The translations under genes were made by a program, and so were the position numbers. The notes under the pieces were generated by a model. The model made no database searches, was not told the origin of the DNA, and worked only from the letters and a program-made list of their open reading frames with translations. This document shows, piece by piece, positions 23,855 through 34,952 of a stretch of 39,296 nt of DNA; the first letter of the stretch is position 1; every line of letters begins with the position of its first letter. This DNA is from Neolecta irregularis DAH-3 (Eukaryota), in contig LXFE01000183.1 in the NCBI GenBank assembly GCA_001929475.1, forward strand, positions 1-39,296. The letters are read 5' to 3'.

Positions 23855-24469
23855 ATGATTTCAAGCTTACCCGAAGACGATCCGCCGTCTTATATTGAAG
23901 TCTTCAAAAGTACAAGAAAATGGAGCCTCGACATTGTCCTCTATGATTCGCAATTTCATAGGATTGAAGATCCCGATGATCTCGAGCAGGATGGGGAAGA
24001 ATCTCAACAACTCGAAGAGTTCGATCGAGATCGTCTTGAAATCGAGCTAAAGGATTTACAACCGGATATTATCGAGACGTTCTGCCAACTTACAGGTCGT
24101 AAAGGGGAGGCGGTTAGAAATATGGTATTTTTCTTGGCAGTGACTGGTGACGTGATATCGAAAGAAGAGAAAATTAGATCTGTAATTATCTGGCATAATG
24201 AATTCCAGCGGCCTGCGGGTGTTGTGAGCAAGCTTGATAACACTACAATCAGGGTGGTTATAAATCCAGGTAAAACCTTGTATGCAAGTCCTGACGAACT
24301 AGATTGGAACATATTCGGTGGGGTTCTTTCTCATTGGCCGACAAAAATTCCGAGACGTCGAAGTAAAAAGTTATGTCGCAGTATATTACTCGTCATGATA
24401 TTTATAAGTTTGGTCATAATATTTTTCGCAATTCGGAGCTTTGAAGATGAGAACAGTATGGTGGACTAA
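23855..24469 (+). CDS. Intronless hypothetical protein (about 204 aa) with N-terminal PPSY motif and C-terminal transmembrane helix; upstream in-frame ATG at 23651 possible
   Basis: Part of a 272-aa ORF. MISSLPEDDPPSYIEVF start, acidic patch, then RRRSKK followed by ILLVMIFISLVIIFFAI near the C-terminus. Confidence 0.65.
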   Translation: MISSLPEDDPPSYIEVFKSTRKWSLDIVLYDSQFHRIEDPDDLEQDGEESQQLEEFDRDRLEIELKDLQPDIIETFCQLTGRKGEAVRNMVFFLAVTGDVISKEEKIRSVIIWHNEFQRPAGVVSKLDNTTIRVVINPGKTLYASPDELDWNIFGGVLSHWPTKIPRRRSKKLCRSILLVMIFISLVIIFFAIRSFEDENSMVD

Positions 24470-24804
24470 AGTGGCTCATCGTCTCAGATTATTTATACAA
24501 TTCAGGAGATTATCAGGAGAAAGAAATAACGACAACGATAATTGTTAAAATTCCTTAATGCACCACATTACATGGTTCGTTGCAGGACACGATGACCATC
24601 TCATCAGCTCGGGAAAGGCTTGAAGAATACCTTGAACTGTAAGAACTGGTTGGGTCCAAGGAGCGATTGAATGAAAGCAGATATTTGCAAGCAGACCGTT
24701 GCTTGCCTTGGCTAATTATCTATAACTGAGTAAATTCATGGTTGTGTTTGATAGGTTGAAGGAAACCAGCACAGTGTGATAGGATCTCAATTGTACTATT
24801 CCCT

Positions 24805-25636
24805 CTATGGCACGAGTTTCTTCGACCACACTAGCTGCTTTTCAATATATTTACCCATGATGTCGACTTCTATATTCACTCTATCATCCCGTTTTTTGAT
24901 AGGAAGTGCGATCTTTGCCTGTGTATATGCTATAATCATTATACTGAACTCTGAATCAGTAACAGAAGTAACGGTAAGGGATGTTCCATCGACACAGACG
25001 TAACCTTGAACTGTCAGTTCCTGTTGGATGATCCAAAATAACCTTTCTCAACGATGTACTTCATCACTGACCGGTCATCTGGACATAGAGTAATAACCAA
25101 CGAGTTATCATCTGGTTCCATTGAGACTATTTTTGCAGTTGTATCAACATGACCCTAGATTTAATCAACATAGGTCCTCATGCAGAATGTTTCACTTGAA
25201 CGAAATGACCACCAAACCTTCCTTGACTTGCCATAGCCCTCTCTAAGTTCACTAGAGATCCTAGAGTCAAGTCCCCCAGATTCGTCCTGCGCAAAGTTTC
25301 GGGGCTAAGACCTAGCTTAAACGTAGATTGATCAAATTCGGTAATCGTCAAGCAGGTTCCTATATAGAAATCAATAAAAAGTTGCTCCAGAATCATACCA
25401 TTGATAGATATGCTATCCAGTCAAACAACATCAATTATAGCTTAGAGAGGTACCTATCTCCCAAATGCGCATCTCCAAGAATGGGTGCGGAGTCAACGAT
25501 AGTCAACGAACATCCATTGCCACCACTTTCAGAGATGTCATCAAATTTTAATTCTCCAACTCCTTTTCAAGTCAGTTCTCTTATCCGTGATAGAAATAAT
25601 TATACGGCCCATGTGTTCAATGATTCCTGTGAACAT
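24805..25636 (-). CDS. RIB5: Riboflavin synthase (alpha-chain type), 6 exons including a 14-nt microexon
   Basis: MFTGIIE N-terminal signature, GDSISINGTCLT, VNLERAM..RFGGHFVQGHVD, KGYVCVDGTSLTV and VNIEVDIMGKY. Confidence 0.95.
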
Positions 25637-25772
25637 GATCTTGATTAAAAGTGAATCGTTGATGCTGACCCTCCGAAATCTAAAGTGAGTGGTTGCTAAT
25701 TAAGGGCAATTGTTACGCATAGCTCTCCAACAACTGATAGAGTCGCCATCCTCAAGAAGCACCAATAACAGA
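25637..25772. promoter_or_regulatory. 136-bp divergent promoter region RIB5 / PUP2
   Basis: Opposing ATGs at 25636 and 25773. Confidence 0.5.
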
Positions 25773-26703
25773 ATGTTTCTTTCAAGATCAGGTCATTATC
25801 GCTCATTATGGCTCTCAACTAATCTGGTCTTAGAATATGACCGTGGAGTGAACACATTTTCTCCAGAAGGCCGATTATTTCAAGTCGAGTATGCAATAGA
25901 AGCTATCAAAGTATTCATCACGGCCATCAACATCTAAAACCTTAGCTCGGTTCAACGGCGATTGGCGTGTGTACTGCAGACGGTGTTATTCTTGGTGTTG
26001 AAAAAAGAGTTCATTCGACCTTATTAGAAAGTTCAAGTATCGAGAAAATCGTCGAGATTGATAGGCATGTGGGATGTGCTATCAGCGGACTAGTTGCTGA
26101 TGGACGTTCGATGCTGGATCATGCGAGAGTTCAATGTCAGGTATGTGTCGCTTGAACATAGAGGGAGTAACGAGCTAGTATCATGCTTTCACATATGATG
26201 AACCGATTAAAGTTGAGAGTGTTACACAGGCGGTTTGTGATTTGGCGCTACGGTTTGGTGAAGGTGAGGATGGAGAGGAGAAGGTCATGAGTAGGCCTTT
26301 TGGGGTCGCATTGCTGATCGCGGGTGTTGATGAGAATGGTCCTCAGTTGTACGGGATCTCTTGTCTGGCTTTTGGGATTGAGAAGCATAGGTACCACGCT
26401 GATCCTTCTGGGACATTCTATCGGTTCGATGCCAAAGCAATAGGGTCTGGGAGTGAAGGCGCACAAACAGAACTGCAAAATGAATACCACAAAGTATGTT
26501 CCTCAGGGTGCAATTGCTTACTGATATAGTCAATGACACTTTCAGAAGCTGAGGTATTAGTTCTGAAGACACTAAAACAGGTTATGGAAGAGAAGCTTGA
26601 CTCAAAGAATGTTCAGTTAGCCAGCATGACATCGACAAATAACGGAACATTCCACATCTACACGGACGAACAAACCGCAGAAGTGGTTGCCAGATTAGCG
26701 TGA
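25773..26703 (+). CDS. PUP2: 20S proteasome alpha-5 subunit, 6 exons
   Basis: [77 protein letters not shown] and [10 protein letters not shown]. Confidence 0.97.
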
Positions 26704-26784
26704 GATAGAAAATGGTAGAGGAGTTGTATATGTCCATATAACGAATGGTTCCAGTAACCCCCCTCGTTCTCTTCACAACTTCTT

Positions 26785-27992
26785 CTATTGACGAATTTCT
26801 TCATCTCCTTCGTCTGCGATTTCTCCTTCTTGAGGCTTTTCCTTATCTAGTTCTTTCTCTTGCATTACAGTGTCAACATAATTCACCGGATCACTAATGG
26901 AATCAGGTACATCTCCCTCCTGATACCCTTCAACCCAATGATCATCAGTAAGCACTTGAATATTTTCCTGCTTGACTTTCTCGGTTGATGTTTCCAGTGC
27001 ATCAGAAGGAAGCGTAACAAGGTCTGAGGGAATCAAGTCATCTGGAGATAAGCAAAATATATTATGAATGGAAGACAAACACATTTCCGATATAGCCATA
27101 AATCGTTTATACAATGCAGATTCGTGCTTCCCATTAATCCTTTCTAATAAAAACCAAAGTACCTCAACACTCCAGAAGGAGTCCTGATGCTCAAAATATG
27201 CATGGGCAAAGATTCTATAAAGTCTTCTCATGATGGAACCAAAATGTCGAACTGAACCAGCTGGAACAGACAGTCTGCAACCATGAAATCAACATTTCCT
27301 GGAGTGACATACCTTGAAGGAAACTGCCTTGAACAAAGCACAGAAGTCGCATTTTCAAGCGTATGAAGCATATAATCAATGGCACAGCATTCTTTTGGCT
27401 GTTCATGAACAGCGCAAAGGTACTGCCATTCTGAAGCCCGCATTTCAGGACAGCGTTGAGAGGTACACGGGTTGATCGGATCTGTGAGTAATGCGACTAT
27501 CAATGCATTTAAATCTAAAGAGAGTCGACTATCTCATTTAGAATTCGACCAAAACTACAATTGATACCGTATCCATTCATATATCCAGATATTCTGCTCG
27601 ACGCCTTCAGGTGTTCTGGCGAGTTCATTTGCTTGTGCACGAGTGAGGTTGTGCAAATCTGTAGCTTCAAGCTTTGAAGCCAGATATTCTTCCAACTGAT
27701 AAGCCGATTCAATTTCAGACAGAGGTACTGGTTTAGGTGGATGCATATCCTATATGGAAATCGGATTTTGTCGAAAGCAAATATATTATACCTCAGCCTT
27801 GGCACCTATCCTTATCCTTCTGACTGATTTTTTCGATGGATCAGGCGCGGCAGAAAATGAAGGAATTGGTTCTGTAGCATCGCTTATTGATTGAAGATCT
27901 GCTGGAGCCGAGTCACTGCCATAATCTTCAGACGAAGGAGGTGGAGACTGCTTAAGTTCGAAGGAGGGGACTGAACGCTCCATTGCCGTCAT
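26785..27992 (-). CDS. MOB4: Phocein / MOB4 (fungal Mob3), STRIPAK subunit, 6 exons
   Basis: PEGVEQNIWIYEWIRR, CPEMRASEWQYLCAVHEQPKECCAIDY, FPSR and RRLYRIFAHAYF are phocein-class motifs rather than Mob1/Mob2. Confidence 0.9.
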
Positions 27993-28099
27993 TTATGCTG
28001 GTTTCTAATTTATTGATGCTCTGTAGGTATTTCGGAAATTTTGGAGGTGTGGTACGGCGGTTCTCTACACGTTTCCTTCCTTAAGATCACGCAGCTACT
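27993..28099. promoter_or_regulatory. 107-bp divergent promoter region MOB4 / HIU hydrolase
   Basis: Opposing ATGs at 27992 and 28100. Confidence 0.5.
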
Positions 28100-28468
28100 A
28101 TGGCTGGTTCAGAAGGAGATCATATCACTTGTCATATTCTGGATACTGCCCATGGACGGCCGGCCTCGGATGTCAGGACAACACTGTATCGGTTCGTGGC
28201 CGAAGTTCCTTTAGAGATCGGGACAGCCTGTACGAATAAAGACGGGAGAATAGGAAAATGGCATCGCTCAAACGAACAGATGTTTCAGTTGGATATAGAT
28301 GGGCTATTCAAGATCAGGTTTGAAAGTGGTGAGTACTTTGAAGCACTGGGGGAGGAAACGTTCTTTCCTTTTGCCGAGATTGTTTTCCGGGTGTACAAGG
28401 GAGAAAGACATTACCATGTCCCGCTGCTGCTATCCAATCACTCATATACAACCTATCGGGGCTCGTAG
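28100..28468 (+). CDS. 5-hydroxyisourate hydrolase (transthyretin-like), intronless
   Basis: ITCHILDTAHGRPA, TNKDGR, FFPF and HYHVPLLLSNHSYTTYRGS with the diagnostic C-terminal YRGS. Confidence 0.96.
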   Translation: MAGSEGDHITCHILDTAHGRPASDVRTTLYRFVAEVPLEIGTACTNKDGRIGKWHRSNEQMFQLDIDGLFKIRFESGEYFEALGEETFFPFAEIVFRVYKGERHYHVPLLLSNHSYTTYRGS

Positions 28469-28672
28469 ATGGATATACTTTGTAATAGTTGTACATGTGG
28501 GCGCTCGACGGCGTATCCGCAGTGAATTTGCAGTCACGGGTAGACTGTATGCGTACTGTATGCGATTATTGCCCTGATGGAATGCAATGCGTATAAAGGA
28601 CATGGGATACTGCTGAAATCTGTCGCGCTGACGTATGCCTGAACATCTTTTCTCTCTTCCCCAACCTGTGCC

Positions 28673-30198
28673 ATGACCACTGATCCACCCAAACAGGACT
28701 TCTCGTCTTCGGCAATCATCGATGATGACGAGGAACCCATGAAAGACGTCGATCCAGATGCAGAAATCATGAATGAACTCTCCCACTCGTCCGTACAGGA
28801 TATCAACAACAGAGCACGTCTCATAGACAACGACATAAAAGTACACAAACTGCCCAATGCCTGTACTAACAGCCGTTTCAGGTCATGCGCTCAGAATATC
28901 AACGTTTAACCCATGAAGTTTCGACCATGAAAGAGAGAATCAAGGAAAATACAGATAAAATTGAACAAAATAGGACTCTTCCATATCTCGTAGGAAACGT
29001 CGTCGAGCTCTTGGACCTAGACCCTGCCGACCTGGAAGAAGAGGAAGACGGTGCAAATGTTGATTTGGATGCTGCGAGAAAAGGAAAGTCAGCAGTCATC
29101 AAGACTTCAACTCGACAGACGATATTTCTTCCTCTCATCGGTCTCGTTGATCCATTCAAGCTAAAGCCGGGCGATTTGATTGGCGTAAACAAAGATTCTT
29201 ATTTGATTCTCGACACATTGCCTGCGGAATATGATTCAAGAGTCAAAGCTATGGAAGTCGACGAGAAGCCTACAGAAGCTTACACGGATATCGGGGGACT
29301 TGATAAACAAATCGAGGAACTGGTTGAAGCTATCGTGCTGCCAATGAAAGAAGCCGACAAGTTTATAAAATTGGGGATTAAACCGCCTAAAGGTTAGGTT
29401 CTTCCAAATTGTGAATTAATGTTAGGTGCACTGATGTATGGACCTCCAGGAACAGGCAAAACACTGCTAGCAAGAGCCTGTGCCGCTCAATCAAACGCAA
29501 CATTTTTAAAATTGGCTGGTCCACAACTTGTTCAAGTAATTTCTCATCCAATATCTCTATTCATATCATAAGATGTTTATTGGCGATGGGGCAAAATTAG
29601 TTCGCGATGCTTTTGCTCTCGCAAAAGAAAAGGCACCGGCGATCATCTTCATCGACGAACTTGATGCCATAGGCACTAAACGGTTTGATTCCGAGAAATC
29701 TGGAGACCGAGAAGTACAAAGAACCATGCTGGAACTCTTGTCTCAGTTGGATGGATTTGACTCTGATGATCGGGTAAAGGTTCTCGCTGCCACAAACCGA
29801 GTTGATACGTTGGACCCTGCACTTTTGAGAAGCGGCCGGTTGGATAGAAAGATTGAATTTCCGTTACCTAAGGAAGATGCCAGGTTCGATGGCTTTCGAC
29901 CAATAATGCTAATTCTTCTCAGAGCACGAATTCTGCAAATTCATTCGAGAAAGATGACTGTGGATGAAGATGTCAATTGGGATGAGCTGGCCAGAAGTAC
30001 AGATGAGTACAACGGCGCCATGTTAAAACAGGTCTGCGTGGAAGCTGGTATAGAGTTCTTTACTATTTATTTGGTTGACTTTCTCTAGGTATGATTGCTC
30101 TCCGAAGCGGCGAAACACGGATCAGTCACGAACATTTCATGGACGGAATTCAAGAAGTCTTGATGAAGAAGAAGTCATCTGGGTCCTTCTATGCATAG
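28673..30198 (+). CDS. RPT5: 26S proteasome AAA ATPase Rpt5 (subunit 6A), 6 exons
   Basis: [33 protein letters not shown], Walker A GPPGTGKT, Walker B IIFIDE and C-terminal HbYX (FYA). Introns at 28841-28881, 29393-29425, 29536-29572, 29884-29922 and 30048-30088. Confidence 0.97.
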
Positions 30199-30681
30199 TT
30201 ATTCCCCACATGGAATTTCAATATAATTGTCTCATTAACAAATGTTATTCTGTGCAATCCATACAAACAGAACTACTAATCAAATGCAACAGTAAGAAAC
30301 CTATTATTCCTCACACACAGCTTCGGCCGACAAGTAAAAAATGTTTTTGATGCTTGGTCACTCCCTGACGAACCCAAACTTGTCGACGTACCTCTAAATA
30401 TAAAGACAATATGCCTTCCCGAAACTTATAACAGAAATGCAAACAGATATCGCAGAAAAAAAAAGCCAAGACAACAATGAAGGAGAGAACAGTAACCAGT
30501 TTTTTTTATCGCATTTCTCGACCGCCAAATTTTCTCATAAATGCAAACTAGATATGATAAGGGTCTATAAGATCTCTTCCATTAAAGCGAAACCATTCAT
30601 TTGGATTGGGTGTTTCAGAATTAAAGAGTGTAAAGATACGACTCGTAAGTCGTTGACAGAAAAACCATGAGAAACTCAAAA

Positions 30682-31896
30682 TTAAGCCAAAATTGACGAG
30701 GCACGGAGGTTCGGCTCGGTACATCGACAAATTGATGGATGGGAACAACCTTCCCATACTCGGAAATGGCAACGATGTTTGTCCCGGGTAAACGATGGAT
30801 CAACTCCACATAGCGAGTCTACGGCACGCCGATGCTCCCATTCTTGATGTTGGGTCTCTGGTGACGGACGCCCAGCATAGGGCGACGGAGGTGGATACGG
30901 AGCATAGGTGCTTTGACGTTGCTGTTGACGTTGATATGACTGCCGCTGTTGCCGATGCTGTTGGTTGAAATATAGCGATTGCTGTCTTCGTTCCTCGGCC
31001 TTGAGAGTTGCAGATTTTTCCCATGTTTTCCACGATTGTTCCCAAACTTTCCAACCCTTGTTAAATGTTTCTGAATTAAGCCGTCCCTCGATCAGGTTGA
31101 ACCACTCTAGTTCCAGCCGATTGATTTCGTTGATTTCGAGACCAGTAACTTCAGCCCAGGATTTATTAGTGAAAGTATTGTCATCGAGGAACTTGTTCGC
31201 AAAAACAAGAGCAATTGTCAGGTACCGATAGGTCTGCTCATGAAGCGAACCTTCGCATGTGACATGATTCCTCATTCGGTGCTCAAGATAGGTGAGTGCG
31301 AGTAGGATTGTACTGCTTGGCAGCCGAGTTGAAGAAAGTACTTGCGAAACCCATTTCTTGAACTGGCTGGGGACATAAGTGGTAGGCGATTGGTAGTGGT
31401 CATTTTGGTAGATCAAACTTGACGACATGGACGCAACATACTCAGCCATCTGCTCTTGATCATAGTCAAGTTCTGCGGACACGCCACCCGTAACTTGCTC
31501 GTGTTTTGCAGGCTTCTCATTATGCTGCATTGGGGACATGTGTAGGACTTGTTGATACCGATCAAACATAGGAGCTGGATGATCTCGGGGATCCAAGCCA
31601 GGAGGCTGTATGTAGTAGCTTCTCTGCCGATGAGGGGCGGGCGGATGACTTGGATTAAACGCGGGATTCCAGGGAAATTGATAAGTACTATCCGATGAAA
31701 CCTCGTATTGATAACTGACTCCTTTCGAGGCCAAAAATGGATCTCTGAACGTGTATTGCGGAACCTGCTGGCGCTTTATATCATAATTTTCCGGGAATCC
31801 GAGAAGATATGCTTGAGAAGGATATTCATGCTCTGGAGGCGTGTATGGCGGGGTAAGTTGAATAGGATAATAAGATGGGACCGGCATAGCCAACAT
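30682..31896 (-). CDS. CLG1: Pho80/Pcl-family cyclin, Clg1/Mug80-like
   Basis: GGVSAELDYDQEQMAEYV, FKKWVSQVLSSTRLPSSTILLAL and ANKFLDDNTFTNKSWAEVTG cyclin box, with Pro/Gln/Tyr-rich flanks. First in-frame ATG at 31896. Confidence 0.88.
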   Translation of the reverse strand: MLAMPVPSYYPIQLTPPYTPPEHEYPSQAYLLGFPENYDIKRQQVPQYTFRDPFLASKGVSYQYEVSSDSTYQFPWNPAFNPSHPPAPHRQRSYYIQPPGLDPRDHPAPMFDRYQQVLHMSPMQHNEKPAKHEQVTGGVSAELDYDQEQMAEYVASMSSSLIYQNDHYQSPTTYVPSQFKKWVSQVLSSTRLPSSTILLALTYLEHRMRNHVTCEGSLHEQTYRYLTIALVFANKFLDDNTFTNKSWAEVTGLEINEINRLELEWFNLIEGRLNSETFNKGWKVWEQSWKTWEKSATLKAEERRQQSLYFNQQHRQQRQSYQRQQQRQSTYAPYPPPSPYAGRPSPETQHQEWEHRRAVDSLCGVDPSFTRDKHRCHFRVWEGCSHPSICRCTEPNLRASSILA

Positions 31897-32099
31897 GAGG
31901 TCTAAAAGTGGATCGCAAGTATATATATCGGCTCGCAATGTGACTAATATCGAAGTCAGCCTGGGGTACTGACACCAGCGGGTCTAAGATGGTGTGGTAC
32001 CTTCCTGGCGCTCTACCTGGCACCGCAACGAGGCTTCTGGAAGCAAAAATAGAGTGGAAAAAGCAAGAACAAAGACAAAGAAGACTTGTTCTGGTCTTC

Positions 32100-32123
32100 T
32101 TAAGTTGTGATTCGTCTGAACAT
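32100..32123 (-). promoter_or_regulatory. Candidate uORF (MFRRITT*) in the cyclin 5' leader
   Basis: ATG TTC AGA CGA ATC ACA ACT TAA; the only minus-strand ATG I found between about 32280 and the cyclin start. Confidence 0.45.
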
Positions 32124-34194
32124 AGAAAGGATGCAGGATGGAGTCGTAGTCGTTTTCGTTTCCGCAGCAGCCGAGGGCCAAACAAATGACTCGGCCAATC
32201 GACTTAACCTTAGGAAGACGCTTTTCTGAGGGGAGGATTGGGTGTTAGGAGGGGTTGGGTGATAAAGTCGGAGGGTAGGATAGAATGGGAATGAGGGTGG
32301 GAGTTGGGGTGGATAAAAGGAGATGAGAAAAAATGACAGAGGGCTTTGGAAGGTCAGACACTCTGAGACACGGACTAGTTCACCCAAACAGATCCCTGCG
32401 ATGCTATTTCGACTGAGCCGGTCCCGATCCAACCCGTGCTATTGCAAGTGTGAAATGGAAAGAAATTTGTAAAAGAACAGCAGGCTTCAGATCGAAAAAA
32501 GCAGGCAGGATATAGAGGCAAACCAACAAGGTAATGTGGAGAAGAACCCTTAAACGATTTTCTATATACGCCTCCTAGTCATATGCTACTCTTCCTGCCC
32601 TCCTTGGATTGTTTCTCCTTGTCGTCTGCATTCGTAACTCCTTTCGTCGAGAAGACCCTTTGGGTATTCATCTCTTAACCTTATGTGGACTCGAAAAAAT
32701 TGTTATACTTGGCAATCCCCCATTGACCGCCGAACTGCAATCTGGATGCCTGTTTTCTAAACAGACAAATCGTCATCAACATTTTAATCAATCCCGTTGT
32801 GTCTTGGAAATAATACACGCACCTATCCCTGAGACTTTTCCTCAACTCGAACACGCAGAACCAGCGAACGAATAGGGTAATCAATGGAAGGCATTCCACA
32901 AATGAGGTTGGCCTCAGAACAAACGCCAGCTAAAATTGTGTTTAACAAGATTTGACAAATTGCCTCCTATTTTCAGACATCCCCGCAATCAAAGTACCAT
33001 CACAGATGAATCACCAAGGATTCTGGAAAGTTCAGAATTAGGTCTACTCACTCAGAGCGATCTGCTCGGCCAAACTCCACCGCTCTCGCGATGTTTTACG
33101 TTTGCCACTGGTTGACGTTCGACGTTCCTAGCTTTGGTGGGCTTCTAGACTAAATCATTCGGATAAACAATGGGATGGGGACGTTTGTTATCAGGGGAAA
33201 TGCAGGATCCTCCCGAAAGCTTCTTTATAAGTTGAGCAACTGAAGACGAGTACTCGTACCTTTTATCGAAAATGAAAATGAATTTCGGATCCACAAAACC
33301 CGCTTTTGAACTGACGTGGTCACTATCAATCCGAATCTCGCGGATCTTACCGGATCATGCTAGCTTCACAAAAACTTGATTAATCTTGGAAGCAGATGGT
33401 TTTCATATGTAGCCCTCAAGAGAGGCTATGCCCAAGACAGGAATGCTAGTGTTTTTCACCTTTCCATGTCATAGATGTTTGTACAAATCTTACGCATGTG
33501 AACTCCCGTTCCTCTTAGCAATGAGCTGGAGACATGAGAATGGTCTTCGATCAATGACTCGAAGCTTTAGCATACGATCGTATTCTCTTCATCACTATGT
33601 ACCGAACTTGTCGGAGTACACTGCAGGACATCAATATATGCAGAGATGGTACAGTCTTATGTCACAGCGCTAGTTAGAAGACGAGCTATGCGTTTGAAAT
33701 TAATCAAACCTGCCTGGTCAGCCTTATTTTTTCTGATCGTCTAAGAGCAATAGCACATGTGATCCACAATCCATTTTATATATAAGGGTGCCTCATAGTG
33801 GCTGTCTAGTATCTTGACAAAATATAATTCTCCATTCCACGACGAACCATGCCATTGTAGAATGGAGGATATCCGACCGTGATAATAATAGATATATAAC
33901 AGTTCCAGGAACCAATTTACCTTTAGATATACAGAACTCTCCTCGACTGGTTGTGATTTGTCTGTGAGATGGTGGGCAGATCCATATTTGTTATATGATC
34001 AGGATGATTTGATTAAAAAGACAAAGTGAAGTTGTTTGAGAAGGATTGCATGTGTTACAAGATGACCGGTTTGAATCGTACGCAGATTTTCATATTCTTG
34101 AATATACAACGCTAATTTTTGCGGTTATTGCACGAACTTGTCGCGTATTACTCGTGACTTGGCGTTTGGTAACCTTGGAAGTCTGCGGCAAACC

Positions 34195-34952
34195 ATGACT
34201 GATATCCTTAACGCATCGGCTGTCGATATCATAAAGAAAATCGCATATTCGAAGGTTGGGTTCCCAGAGCTACGATCCCCAGCAATATTCACACCCAAAG
34301 AAATTGAAATCCTAGGTTTAATAGAGACCCTCGAAGCTTTGAATCTCGAGCACCACTCAGTCTTACCTTCACCTGTCTACTATCCAAGTGATGATCTTCA
34401 GGAAGCAATCGATCTGTATAAGCACCATCAGGAGATCCTTGTGAGTGTTTTGAGAGCGAGTGAAGTTTTATCGATGGTGTATCATGATACGTATTATTCA
34501 GACGAAAATTCAGCATATTTAACAGTTCAGACAGTATCGACCAGTTGTAGGAAGGCGCGACAAGCTATGCTCATCGATATTACTAAACGGAGAGACCCTA
34601 CGAGCATTAGAGCGCGACCTCAAAAATGTTGAAAGACTTATCGATTGTACCGGTGCAGTCCGAAAAGCTATCTGATATCAATAGCTCAACTGAAGCTCAA
34701 TCAGCAGATAATTTATCAAATACAAATAGCTCTAAAATCTCCAAGGCTTGATCAGGAACAAGTTAACAGGCAACAGGGAGCTTTTCATGACCTTTCTTAC
34801 AAGCTAGAGTTAACACACGACTAAAGGTTACAAAGCAGAAACATGACATTCTACGAAATACCTTTAGTGGACTGCTGCTTGAAAGCGGGGTAAAATGGAC
34901 CATTGATAAGAAACTTTGTAGAGCAATGGCAATTTGCGGGAAAGAGTATTAG
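34195..34952 (+). CDS. CENP-H (Fta3/Mcm16-like) inner kinetochore protein, about 213 aa, 4 exons
   Basis: Introns 34491-34530, 34647-34684 and 34770-34807 (GC-AG) give ..TPKEIEILGLIETLEALNLE..GRRDKL..coiled coil..ILRNTFSGLLLESGVKWTIDKKL, matching the CENP-H C-terminal xGLxxxSGVxW.xD..L pattern. Confidence 0.75.

Noticed and set aside
28100-28468. Horizontal transfer of the intronless HIU hydrolase
   Set aside because: The gene is short, its composition is normal, and the ITCHILD N-terminus is fungal-like; lack of introns alone is insufficient.
25637-28672. Co-regulated proteasome cluster (PUP2 and RPT5 within 3 kb)
   Set aside because: No PACE (GGTGGCAAA) element seen upstream of either gene, and unrelated genes lie between them.
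30382-30391. GTCGACGTAC, similar to the 5' end of yeast U3 snoRNA
   Set aside because: Not followed by box A/A' or C/D elements; a 10-nt match is expected by chance.
32450-34130. Short ORFs (88, 72, 81 aa) and weak hairpins (about 33830-33870, 33955-33982) in the long cyclin/CENP-H gap
   Set aside because: No recognisable motifs or snoRNA boxes, and the stems are short. Most simply a long regulatory region of the cyclin.
34202-34212. ATATCCTTAAC resembling a U12-type 5' splice site or branch (similar ATATCCTT at about 12804 and 31818)
   Set aside because: Lies within continuous coding sequence (DILN) or on the non-coding strand; no intron is needed and no matching AC/AG end restores a frame.
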